Source of the DNA: Candidatus Levybacteria bacterium RIFCSPHIGHO2_01_FULL_41_15
Lineage (GTDB): Bacteria > Patescibacteriota > Microgenomatia > Levybacterales > UBA12049
Reading direction: 5' to 3'
Length of the DNA: 64,000 bases
NCBI GenBank assembly: GCA_001782165.1
Contig: MFNV01000007.1
Span: 15,449 to 79,448, forward strand
Position 1 is the stretch's first letter, and each line of letters begins with the position of its first letter. The notes below the pieces were generated by a model. It was not told the DNA's origin and did no database searches. It was given only the letters and a program-made list of their open reading frames with translations. Positions 19,768-28,343 of the stretch are shown piece after piece. A program made the translations under genes and the position numbers.

Positions 19768-21765
19768 CTAAAATCCCAAAACTGTTACCCAACCCAAAGG
19801 CTGACTGCCGCAAAAATTGCTATAAAGGGTAAACGTATAGGAAGTACCCTTATAAATCGTTGCTTGGGCTGCTTGTTCTTGGCCAACAGGCGCAGTTCCG
19901 TAAAAAACCTCCGGGTCAGAGCCGCTTTTGACACATACCCATGGATTTGATCCCGTATCTGCCTGCCAAAAAAGCCAAGTCTTGCAGCTTGTCGCTCCTC
20001 TTTCTACCACACATGGATTATCTGAGGCGGTAATCCGGGTTGAATTGGGAGTACAGGATGCCATTCCTGAAGTACGCCCTGCACGAGCCGCCATAGCCCA
20101 AATCGATCTGTCTGTTATATTTATTTGCCCGTCGGCATTTAAATCATAACGCTGATTATAATTACCACCGCTGGCATTCTTTATCGCCAGCACCATCTTT
20201 GATCTATCCGTAAGATTTATTCTCCGATCGTCATTAACATCAGTCGCTTCCGCATCAGATATCTCATCATCCGTACCGGCAGTCTGCGCACAACTATTCG
20301 CACTCTGGCCTCTAACATAATTTTCAATACAGTTGTTAAAAAACGATTTTTGGCCGTTGGTTTTGCAAAAACCATTGTTTTGTGTTCGAAGAAGACCATA
20401 AGAATCGTTGTCGGAATCGGACTCTACGTCTGCCTTATTGCAAGAAGCTACCTGCATTGCTTTAAACATATTGACTCTGCCATAGCCATAGGTAGAATCA
20501 GGACCGGCCGACCCCAAATCATCAGAGCCGAGCTCCAGTGCTAATTTGATAGTCTCAATATCGGCACACGAAGCCAGAATCGAGGCTATTCCTGCAACAT
20601 GCGGTGCGGCAGCCGATGTTCCCCACATCGGCTCAGGCACGCCTCCGGATATATTCAGCGTTAATACATCACGACCAGGTGCGGCAACCTGTATATAGTC
20701 TTTAAAAGTTGTTGTCTGCCCGCCGCCAAAAGGGTCAACCAAGACATTGCCTGTACATCCAGTCGTCCAATTGTCACCTGAATCAGTACCAACTACTGCA
20801 ATTACTCCATCGTAAGCAGCCGGCAACCCCATGAAACAATCGGGATTATCACCATTTACTGTACTCGCAACAATCAAAACTCCCCTCGCAATCGCATAGG
20901 AAACTGCTCCTTTTAATATTAGATCGTCAGCAAGACCCACAAAGCTTATATTTATGACTTTCAAATATGGATAGTTATCTACAGCCCACTGAATTCCTTG
21001 AGCCATAATGAAATTACTAGACGAATTATTACTATCCCCAATTTTGACTGCTAAAAGCTTTGCGCTCCAATCAACACCGGCTATATCTTGGCTATTATTT
21101 TCCTTTGCTCCCAGAATTCCGGTAACCCATGTACCGTGACCATTATCGTCCATAGAATCGTTATCGTTGTTGATAAAATCCCAGCCATTCAAAACTCTTC
21201 CACCGGGATATAACCCAATATCCGGATGGTTATAGTTAATCCCTGTATCCAAAACAGCAACTGTCACTTCTTTTCTACCGCTTGACGTCTCCCATCCTTC
21301 CGGGGCTTTAATTTTGTTTAGATTCCATTGCTGGCTGAAATTTGGATCATTTGGCACCTTTGAGGTGCCCTTGGCAATTCCATTTAGTCCAACATATTCA
21401 ATATTGGGGTTGTTCTTCAAAGCCTCTTTAACCTGATCACGGCTATTCGGATTAATTTTAACTAAAACTGCACCCAAGGCGGCATCGTCCCGCTTGACTT
21501 CTAAGCCTCGCTCTTCAAGAATTAGCGCCTTTTGGACGTCGCTTGCAGGTTCTTTAAATTTAATAACCAACTCATCGCTAACATATCTTCCCGAAGCATC
21601 AGCTACAATTTGATTATTTTGTCCTACGGCACTTGCTGAATTTGTAGCAGTGGATAGATCAGCCGCAAACACTGTTGCCAAGGCAAGATTTAAAGATAAA
21701 ACTAAGAGCAGTAGATCAATAAGGGTGGGCCGCAAATTTTTAAAAAGAGAAGCGGCGATTTTCAT
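19768..21765 (-). CDS. secreted S8 subtilase with prodomain and dockerin-like domain
   Basis: Triad DTG / HGTWVTG / GTSAAAPHVAG; twin Ca-binding loops DVNDDRRINLTD and DLNADGQINITD. Confidence 0.9.
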   Translation of the reverse strand: MKIAASLFKNLRPTLIDLLLLVLSLNLALATVFAADLSTATNSASAVGQNNQIVADASGRYVSDELVIKFKEPASDVQKALILEERGLEVKRDDAALGAVLVKINPNSRDQVKEALKNNPNIEYVGLNGIAKGTSKVPNDPNFSQQWNLNKIKAPEGWETSSGRKEVTVAVLDTGINYNHPDIGLYPGGRVLNGWDFINNDNDSMDDNGHGTWVTGILGAKENNSQDIAGVDWSAKLLAVKIGDSNNSSSNFIMAQGIQWAVDNYPYLKVINISFVGLADDLILKGAVSYAIARGVLIVASTVNGDNPDCFMGLPAAYDGVIAVVGTDSGDNWTTGCTGNVLVDPFGGGQTTTFKDYIQVAAPGRDVLTLNISGGVPEPMWGTSAAAPHVAGIASILASCADIETIKLALELGSDDLGSAGPDSTYGYGRVNMFKAMQVASCNKADVESDSDNDSYGLLRTQNNGFCKTNGQKSFFNNCIENYVRGQSANSCAQTAGTDDEISDAEATDVNDDRRINLTDRSKMVLAIKNASGGNYNQRYDLNADGQINITDRSIWAMAARAGRTSGMASCTPNSTRITASDNPCVVERGATSCKTWLFWQADTGSNPWVCVKSGSDPEVFYGTAPVGQEQAAQATIYKGTSYTFTLYSNFCGSQPLGWVTVLGF

Positions 21766-21777
21766 TTTCTTAAAGAG

Positions 21778-22284
21778 TTATTGTCCACTTTGTATCCCTT
21801 CAGGCTGCGCTTTTTCAACAGCTGGATTTTCTTCAAAGTCCTTAAGTAAATCCTCACCTCTGGGCGGATCAAACTGTACAAGAACATACTCTATACCATC
21901 TAAAACAATTCCTCGGGCAATGCAGGCACCATTCTCCTCTAAATCTTTATCGAGAGCAGAAGAATCAGCCCCTTTCTTCAAAGTAACACTCAATTGATTA
22001 TCCAAATAACCGGGATGGTCAGGATCTGGGATTCTTATCTCTTGCGTGCATTTAAAAGCAGGGTCGATCGTTGCAGTTGGGCTAGAAGTGGCTTCAGGAG
22101 TTGGACTATCTGAAGGAGTTGTGGTTGGACTCGGAGTAACTTCCTGGGCTTTTCCGCAGGTAGCAGCCAGTGCAAAAATGACAAATGGCGCAACAATTAA
22201 AACAATACGGTTTAGTTCTCTTTTGTGACTTTGGACCGGCCTACTGTTTTCCTGTCCTAAAACGATTCTTTCCTCCCTCTCCAT
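21778..22284 (-). CDS. membrane-anchored protein with a stand-alone subtilase prodomain-like (I9-like) domain
   Basis: TM segment ending ALAATCG, P/T/S linker, C-terminal ~75 aa aligns by eye with the prodomain of the neighbouring S8 protease. Confidence 0.6.
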   Translation of the reverse strand: MEREERIVLGQENSRPVQSHKRELNRIVLIVAPFVIFALAATCGKAQEVTPSPTTTPSDSPTPEATSSPTATIDPAFKCTQEIRIPDPDHPGYLDNQLSVTLKKGADSSALDKDLEENGACIARGIVLDGIEYVLVQFDPPRGEDLLKDFEENPAVEKAQPEGIQSGQ

Positions 22285-22314
22285 CTTACGGGCTCAGTTA
22301 TACGCCTTTTCGCC

Positions 22315-23325
22315 TCAAAAGTCAAACTTTCTTAACTCCTCTTCTATAAACCCGTCTAGCTCTCCGCTTAAAACCGCATCTGTATTTGAAGTCTCAAAAC
22401 CAGTTCTTAGATCTTTTACCATATGGTATGGGTGAAGAACATATGAGCGAATCTGGTTACCCCAACCAGGAGTTTTATATCCTCCTTTAAGTTTTGCTTC
22501 TTTCCTCCTACGCTCTTCTTCTTTTAAAACAAAGAGCTTTGCACGGAGCATTTTAAGTGCGTATTCTCTGTTTTGAGCCTGATATCTCTGTGCCTGAGCT
22601 GTTACAACAATGCCAGTGGGCCTATGTTTAAGTCTCACCGCTGTTGAAACCTTCTGTACGTTTTGACCTCCGTGAGAACTTGCTCTGAAGAATCCCCACT
22701 CTAAATCATCCTCTTTGATATCAACTTTTTCCTCTTCTCCTACTTCCGGCATCACCTCGACCAAAGCAAAGGAAGTGTGCCTTGCCTTATCTGCGTTAAA
22801 AGGAGAAAGTCTTACAAGTCTATGAACTCCTGCTTCACCCCTGAGATATCCGTATGCGTATTTTCCGTTAACTTCAATTACCGCACTTTTTATTCCTGCC
22901 TCTTCCCCCGGCGTTTCTTCGATTACCTCAAAATCCCATCCTTTTTTTTCAAAATATCGGCAGTACATTCTAAAAAGCATCTGTGCCCAATCCATTGCCT
23001 CAACCCCTCCCTGCCCTGCATGAATAGAAAGAATTGCAGGTTTTTCATCATAAGGACCCGAAAGATAAATCAACTTCTCAAGATCTTTTAGTAGCTTTTC
23101 GGCTTCTTGATAATCTCCTTTTGAAACCAGTCCCGCAAGTTCCTCTGTCCTCTCGACTTGTCTCTGAAGATCTGAAAGTTCTTTCATTTTTAAAGAGGCG
23201 GTTTTTTGGTCCTTCCAGAACTCAGGATGCGCGCTTTCTGCCTCAAGCTCTCGCATTTTCTTTCTTTTTTCCTCGATATTTAGTTTTTCCAAAATTTTTT
23301 TTGTCCGGGTCTTAATTTCATCCAT
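22315..23325 (-). CDS. prfB: peptide chain release factor 2
   Basis: SPF and GGQ motifs, GWGNQIRSYVLHPY; start ATG 23325; continuous frame. Confidence 0.95.
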   Translation of the reverse strand: MDEIKTRTKKILEKLNIEEKRKKMRELEAESAHPEFWKDQKTASLKMKELSDLQRQVERTEELAGLVSKGDYQEAEKLLKDLEKLIYLSGPYDEKPAILSIHAGQGGVEAMDWAQMLFRMYCRYFEKKGWDFEVIEETPGEEAGIKSAVIEVNGKYAYGYLRGEAGVHRLVRLSPFNADKARHTSFALVEVMPEVGEEEKVDIKEDDLEWGFFRASSHGGQNVQKVSTAVRLKHRPTGIVVTAQAQRYQAQNREYALKMLRAKLFVLKEEERRRKEAKLKGGYKTPGWGNQIRSYVLHPYHMVKDLRTGFETSNTDAVLSGELDGFIEEELRKFDF

Positions 23326-23329
23326 GGTA

Positions 23330-24592
23330 TTAAAAGATAAAGGTCGAAAATAGAATAAGACTTGCAACACTCATCATCAAAAGCGTGAATATCCCTAAAA
23401 CATTTAACCCGAAATTATTGGTCCTGTCTCCCATAATTTTTTTGTTATTTGATATAAAAATTATAATCGCTATAAGAGGAGAGGCTATTATACCATTCAA
23501 TACGGCCGTATAGTAGAGAGCGGAGATCGGATTAATTCCAATGAAATTAATCAAAAGACCCAAAAGCGTTGCTATTATGATTACTCCGTAAAATCCCTGG
23601 GCTTTTTTAAGTTTCTGAAAAAGGCCCTCTTTCCATCCAAAAGCCTCGGAAACCGCATAAGAGGCAGATCCTGCAAGAATAGGAAGAGCAAGAAGGCCTG
23701 TGCCTATTATTCCCAGGGCAAACAGCAAAAAAGCAAAATCTCCTGCAAGAGGCTTAAGGGCCAAAGCCGCTTCCTCTGCTGTCTCTATGTTATTTATTCC
23801 GTTTGCAAAAAGTGTCGCGCCCGTCGTAACAATGATAAACCACATAATAATGTTTGAGAAAAACATGCCGACTATCGTATCTATTCGGAGTCTTGAAATA
23901 TCTTTGGGGGTTACATGAGGTAATCCCGCTCCCATTCTTCTTAACTTATGATGGGAAACCTCTTCCTCAACCTCCTCGTCTGCCTGCCAAAAAAAAAGAT
24001 AAGGTGAAATCGTAGTTCCCAAAATAGCAACAAGATTTAAGATGTATTTTTCACTAAACTCAAGATGAGGAACGAAAGTATAAGACGACACTTTTCCCCA
24101 ATCAACTTTTACAACAAAGGATGTCAGTACATAAGATAAAAGAGCAAAAGTCAGATACTTAAGATACTTGGAATAAGTTTTATAGGAAACAAAAACTTCA
24201 AGAGCCAAAGATATCGCTACCACAAGAAGAAGAGCAATAATAAATGGAATGCCGAAAACCAAATTTGCTGAAGCAGCCATTGCGCCAAGATCCGCTCCGA
24301 TATTTACAATATTTGCAAATAGAAGAAGAAAAACCGAAAAATATAAAACTTTTTTGGGATAATTATCTCTGATAACCCCTGCAAGACCTTTGCCGGTAAC
24401 AAGTCCGATTCTTCCGCACATTTCTTGAACAGCCGCCATAAGAGGGAAAGAAAATAGCGCTGTCCAAGCCTGGGCAAATCCAAAGATGGCTCCGGTTTGG
24501 GAATATGTAGCAATGCCTGACGGGTCATCATCAGAAGCCCCTGTTATAAACCCGGGTCCAAGAAACGAAAATATTTTCTTAATCTTTCTCAT
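23330..24592 (-). CDS. NRAMP family divalent metal transporter
   Basis: GPGFITGASDDDPSGIATYS, QEMCGRIG, GTTISPYLFFWQ. Confidence 0.9.
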   Translation of the reverse strand: MRKIKKIFSFLGPGFITGASDDDPSGIATYSQTGAIFGFAQAWTALFSFPLMAAVQEMCGRIGLVTGKGLAGVIRDNYPKKVLYFSVFLLLFANIVNIGADLGAMAASANLVFGIPFIIALLLVVAISLALEVFVSYKTYSKYLKYLTFALLSYVLTSFVVKVDWGKVSSYTFVPHLEFSEKYILNLVAILGTTISPYLFFWQADEEVEEEVSHHKLRRMGAGLPHVTPKDISRLRIDTIVGMFFSNIIMWFIIVTTGATLFANGINNIETAEEAALALKPLAGDFAFLLFALGIIGTGLLALPILAGSASYAVSEAFGWKEGLFQKLKKAQGFYGVIIIATLLGLLINFIGINPISALYYTAVLNGIIASPLIAIIIFISNNKKIMGDRTNNFGLNVLGIFTLLMMSVASLILFSTFIF

Positions 24593-25286
24593 CTTTTTGT
24601 CTTAAAATATAAAATGCTATAAGAGTGCCTGAATTAATCATACCATGAGCAACTACTGATCCTGCTATATTTCCTGAGTAAAATCTTATCAAAGAAAAAG
24701 TTAATCCCCCAATAAACATCAGCAAGATAACGCCCAGAAAAGCAGCGTATTGAAAATGTAAAATGCGTATAGTAAATTTTATGCTCGGCCAGACAAGTCT
24801 TGTGATAGAAACTATGTGCCATATTGCAAAAACTAAACTTGAAAATAAAATAGAATTAAATGGACTCATAATTTCCTGAAATCGCGCAAGAATAATGCCT
24901 CTATGTACTATTTCCTCAAAAATTACCGTTCCTATTAAAATATGAACAAAAACTCCGAACATAAGCGTTTGAGGAGATTTTAGAAAGAAAAATCTGGGAT
25001 CTTTAAACTTGATTCTTCTGCCTAGATTTATAATAAGCAAAATACCGATTAGAAGTGTTAAAAACCCTATAATTAAACCTAGGAAAATGCTACTCAAAAG
25101 GTTGAATGGTGAAATTCCAAGAGAAGAAAATTCTAAATCTCGATTTAAAATAAGTAAAATAATCAGGAATATTAGGTTTATGGGTGTATATAATTTAAAC
25201 CTGTAAAGAATTTTATACGGTAGGAGATTTACTAAAGAACTATAGAGCACAACCAATACTGCGACAGACAGAGGACTAGACAACAT
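24579..25286 (-). CDS. CPBP (CAAX/Abi) intramembrane protease
   Basis: FEEIVHRG, FAIWH, HGMIN motifs. Confidence 0.85.
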   Translation of the reverse strand: MLSSPLSVAVLVVLYSSLVNLLPYKILYRFKLYTPINLIFLIILLILNRDLEFSSLGISPFNLLSSIFLGLIIGFLTLLIGILLIINLGRRIKFKDPRFFFLKSPQTLMFGVFVHILIGTVIFEEIVHRGIILARFQEIMSPFNSILFSSLVFAIWHIVSITRLVWPSIKFTIRILHFQYAAFLGVILLMFIGGLTFSLIRFYSGNIAGSVVAHGMINSGTLIAFYILRQKDEKD

Positions 25287-25301
25287 ATAAGCTTGTTTGT
25301 T

Positions 25302-25688
25302 TTAGAAACTCTTACAGATATTCATGCAAGCTTCCCTTGCTTGATTTCTTGGTAAATCTTGCAACGCTTTAATATCATTAACTAAATTTTGTATTTGAGG
25401 AGAGGAAGAAGCAATCTCTTCAAGGTTTATGTTTGCCGCCTGCTCCTTAATGGCGTCTACTTGTTTTCGGACATCTTCTTCAAAATCCTGAGCCGATAAA
25501 ACTTTAGAATGTTCGGATTGAGTTTTCGTAGCTAAATTTTGAGATTTTTTATCTTTCAGAATATCGCTATTGAAAGCGTAAAAAAAGCCTGCTCCGATTG
25601 TTAAAACAGACAAAAGGGCCAGAAATACTCTTTTCTTATTCCAAGACTCCTCAAAAAACTCCTCTTTATTTTTACCCAGATTTCTCAT
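25302..25688 (-). CDS. single-TM hypothetical protein
   Basis: TM helix, helical C-terminus ending ACMNIC; likely start ATG 25688. Confidence 0.65.
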   Translation of the reverse strand: MRNLGKNKEEFFEESWNKKRVFLALLSVLTIGAGFFYAFNSDILKDKKSQNLATKTQSEHSKVLSAQDFEEDVRKQVDAIKEQAANINLEEIASSSPQIQNLVNDIKALQDLPRNQAREACMNICKSF

Positions 25689-25749
25689 CAAGCTTATTGT
25701 AAGTTATCACTTTTCCTTTTGCAATTGAATTTAGTGATATAATGAGGTT

Positions 25750-26085
25750 GTGAATCTTAAAAATTTACAAGGAAAGATTAAGTTATTAAACGAGAAAACA
25801 AGACCCCATTACAGGCTTTATTCTCAAACCGAGAAAGAAATTCTTACAAAAACTGTAAAGTTAAATGAGGAGGTCGGAGAACTTGCAAATGATATTTTAT
25901 CTGTTTTGAAACTTCAAAGGCGGGCAAAGCTTGAGAAGTTTGATAAAAGAAACATTTACGAGGAGTTTGCCGATGTAATAATAACGACAATCCAGCTTGC
26001 CCAAGCGGCAGGAGTCGATATTGAAAGAGCAATAGGTGATAAATTAAAAAAAATAGAAATGAAATATCTGAGAGGCAAAAAATGA
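25750..26085 (+). CDS. MazG-like nucleotide pyrophosphohydrolase
   Basis: KLNEEVGELA...EEFADV; GTG start 6 nt after TGATATAAT. Confidence 0.85.
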   Translation: MNLKNLQGKIKLLNEKTRPHYRLYSQTEKEILTKTVKLNEEVGELANDILSVLKLQRRAKLEKFDKRNIYEEFADVIITTIQLAQAAGVDIERAIGDKLKKIEMKYLRGKK

Positions 26086-26372
26086 AATTAGACAAAGTTT
26101 TTGAAATAGTTTCAAAAATTCCAAAAGGAAAAGTAATGACCTATGGACAAATTGCTAAAATTTTAGATACTAATCCGCGCCTTGTTGGTTTTGCACTTCA
26201 TAGAAATAAAGACATAGAAAAAGTGCCATGTCATAGAGTGGTAAAATCAGACGGACACCTCGCAACAGGTTATGCACACGGAGGAATAGAAAAACAACGG
26301 GATAAACTTGAACAAGAAGGAATACTTTTTGCAGGCAATCGGATAGACCTTCAAAAATCTCTTTTTAGTTAA
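26082..26372 (+). CDS. MGMT family O6-alkylguanine DNA-binding/repair protein
   Basis: IPKGKVMTYGQIA, PRLVG, PCHRVV with active-site Cys. Confidence 0.88.
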   Translation: MKLDKVFEIVSKIPKGKVMTYGQIAKILDTNPRLVGFALHRNKDIEKVPCHRVVKSDGHLATGYAHGGIEKQRDKLEQEGILFAGNRIDLQKSLFS

Positions 26373-26807
26373 ATGGAAACTGCAAAAAGTCTTAAGGAAA
26401 AATTTGGTCCTCCAAAAAACGTAAATGTTGAACACCGAAAAAAACTATCAAGTCTTGATAAGCTTGCCCTCTTTGTTACAAGGAGGATTGGTACCCCGGG
26501 TTTCTTTCTTATAATTTTTATATGGACGATTGGCTGGTGATCCTGGAATATTTTTGCACCGGCAAACTATAAATTTGATCCTTATCCTGCACTTGTATTA
26601 TGGCTTTTTATTTCAAATCTAATTCAGCTCCACCTTCTCCCTCTTATAATGATCGGGCAAAATATAGAAGCCAAACACGCCCAACTTCGGGCGGAACATG
26701 ATTTTGAAATAGATAGAAAATCTGAAAAAGAAATAGAAACTATTCTAGTGCATCTTGAAAAACAGGAAAAACTTATGCAGCAGGTCTTAAAGAAGCTTAA
26801 GAAGTAG
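26373..26807 (+). pseudogene. DUF1003 membrane protein interrupted by one in-frame TGA (26538-26540)
   Basis: METAKSL...WTIGW*SWNIF...FDPYP...PLIMIGQN...RAEHDFE...EKEIETI; the same frame continues to TAG at 26805-26807. Confidence 0.8.
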
Positions 26808-27570
26808 AATGACCGTTTCTTGCTCCTTTGGCAAGAATCCGGCCAACATGTTCGTAAACAAAGGGGTTCCACGGATATGTACCGTGCTTACTTGATACTT
26901 CAATGTTTTCCGTCGCACGGGGATCTCCAAAATCTTCTTTATGAAAAGCCCCGTCAGCACTGCCATATATACAGTACATTTTTACCCCTTCGGGTATCGG
27001 CATTCCAGGAAGCGCATCTAGCATTTCTTCCGAAAATTTGTCTACTTCAATCAATGCAGTTCCAAAGGCTCTAATAGCAGGATGGGCATCCTTACGGATA
27101 TTTGTCCTTGTATCTGTACCCATTGTGATTATTGTATGTACCAAATCAGGCCGGAAAATACCCACCACTTCTGCATAAATTCCGCCTAAGCTCCAGCCTG
27201 CGACTGTAGCTTTCTGTCCTGTCTCCAAAACTGCTTTCTCAAGACGGCTTACCATTCCTTCCATATGTCTCCATGGATCTCTATTCCAAATTATTCCTGA
27301 TCTCACAGCCATATATCCAATTCTTATAGCCCAGTTATGCATTTCCTCCATATGTCCATCTGATCCACTAAGGCCAGGAACAAACATCACTGGACTACCA
27401 TCCCCTCTTGCTATCCCTTCGCCTCGATAAACAGGGTGAAAAGGAAGTAACCAAGCAGGATCTACAGGTATTATTTCGTACCATAGAGATCTTTGTCTCG
27501 AAGGAGGATTAAGGTCTACATGACCGTTCGGAGAAGGCCGAAAATCTTTTTCTGCTGGCGCGAACGCCAT
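26797..27570 (-). CDS. alpha/beta hydrolase (lipase/esterase-like)
   Basis: VPGL oxyanion region, GWSLGG nucleophile elbow, later Asp and His. Confidence 0.82.
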   Translation of the reverse strand: MAFAPAEKDFRPSPNGHVDLNPPSRQRSLWYEIIPVDPAWLLPFHPVYRGEGIARGDGSPVMFVPGLSGSDGHMEEMHNWAIRIGYMAVRSGIIWNRDPWRHMEGMVSRLEKAVLETGQKATVAGWSLGGIYAEVVGIFRPDLVHTIITMGTDTRTNIRKDAHPAIRAFGTALIEVDKFSEEMLDALPGMPIPEGVKMYCIYGSADGAFHKEDFGDPRATENIEVSSKHGTYPWNPFVYEHVGRILAKGARNGHSTS

Positions 27571-27601
27571 AAAATAAGTCCTTATTTATCTAATATACCT
27601 T

Positions 27602-28288
27602 TTAAGCTGCTTTGTCAATAGGAGTCTTAAGAACCGATGTTATTTTTTCAAAAACTTTTGGGTTCCTATAAAGATTCCTGTGTGGCCCATCAACTTCAAT
27701 ATCCATATTCGACCTTTTATCTCCTGAGCAATCCTTCCAATCAAAAGCTTCATCATCTCTGGTGTACATACAGATTAAATTATAGTCGAATGGCATCGAA
27801 GTTATTGGAATCGCACTTAGAAAACTATCATAAGATCTATTACCATTGATAATCGCTTTAGCTATCTCTTTGTATCTCCCTTTTGCAGCCTCAGCTATAT
27901 GCCTTCTTATAGGAGTCCCAATAAGAATAACTCTTCGAATCTTTTCTGGCCGATACATTGCCGATACAAATACGTAAATTCCAGCAAGACTCAGTCCGAT
28001 CATAGTAATTTCTCGTCCAGTTTCTTCGAAAACTTCATCAATTCTTGCAATAATTCTTAGAATATCTCCCCTGGGGTCCCTTATGTCTCCTTTTTCAATA
28101 CCTGAATCAAAAGCAGGATGCCCCTGACTGTTAATCCAATCCCTCATACTTGCCATATTCATATCTGACCTTCCAACTGGGGGAACAACTATAATAGGAT
28201 CGCCAGGAATGGGCGATTTTTCTTGAACTCCAACTGCTCCATTTTCTGAAAATAATACTCTTTTTGCGGTTTCTGCAGGATGAACCAT
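27602..28288 (-). CDS. alpha/beta hydrolase, tandem paralog
   Basis: GLSLAG elbow, CMYTRDD, IEVDGPH; similar layout to its neighbour. Confidence 0.78.
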   Translation of the reverse strand: MVHPAETAKRVLFSENGAVGVQEKSPIPGDPIIVVPPVGRSDMNMASMRDWINSQGHPAFDSGIEKGDIRDPRGDILRIIARIDEVFEETGREITMIGLSLAGIYVFVSAMYRPEKIRRVILIGTPIRRHIAEAAKGRYKEIAKAIINGNRSYDSFLSAIPITSMPFDYNLICMYTRDDEAFDWKDCSGDKRSNMDIEVDGPHRNLYRNPKVFEKITSVLKTPIDKAA

Positions 28289-28324
28289 TTTGAGAATCTA
28301 TCATTATTATAGCCCAAAGTCAAC

Positions 28325-28343
28325 AATCCAGCCAGTGGTATTT
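28325..28343. repeat. 19-bp direct repeat, left copy
   Basis: AATCCAGCCAGTGGTATTT; matches 30073-30091 at 18/19. Confidence 0.75.

Noticed and set aside
19619-19813. 64-aa minus-strand ORF after the S8 gene
   Set aside because: No motif, overlaps the S8 end in another frame and runs through hairpin/promoter sequence.
25750-26372. MazG-like gene as an anti-phage or toxin-antitoxin system
   Set aside because: Its neighbour is an MGMT-family repair gene; nucleotide housekeeping is the simpler reading and no defence partner is visible.
26538-26540. Genome-wide TGA recoding (code 4/25) or selenocysteine
   Set aside because: RF2 is intact, many conserved genes end at TGA (gmd, ugd, rfbB, ftsE, tsaD, rpsK), and the site is a TM position with no Cys context.
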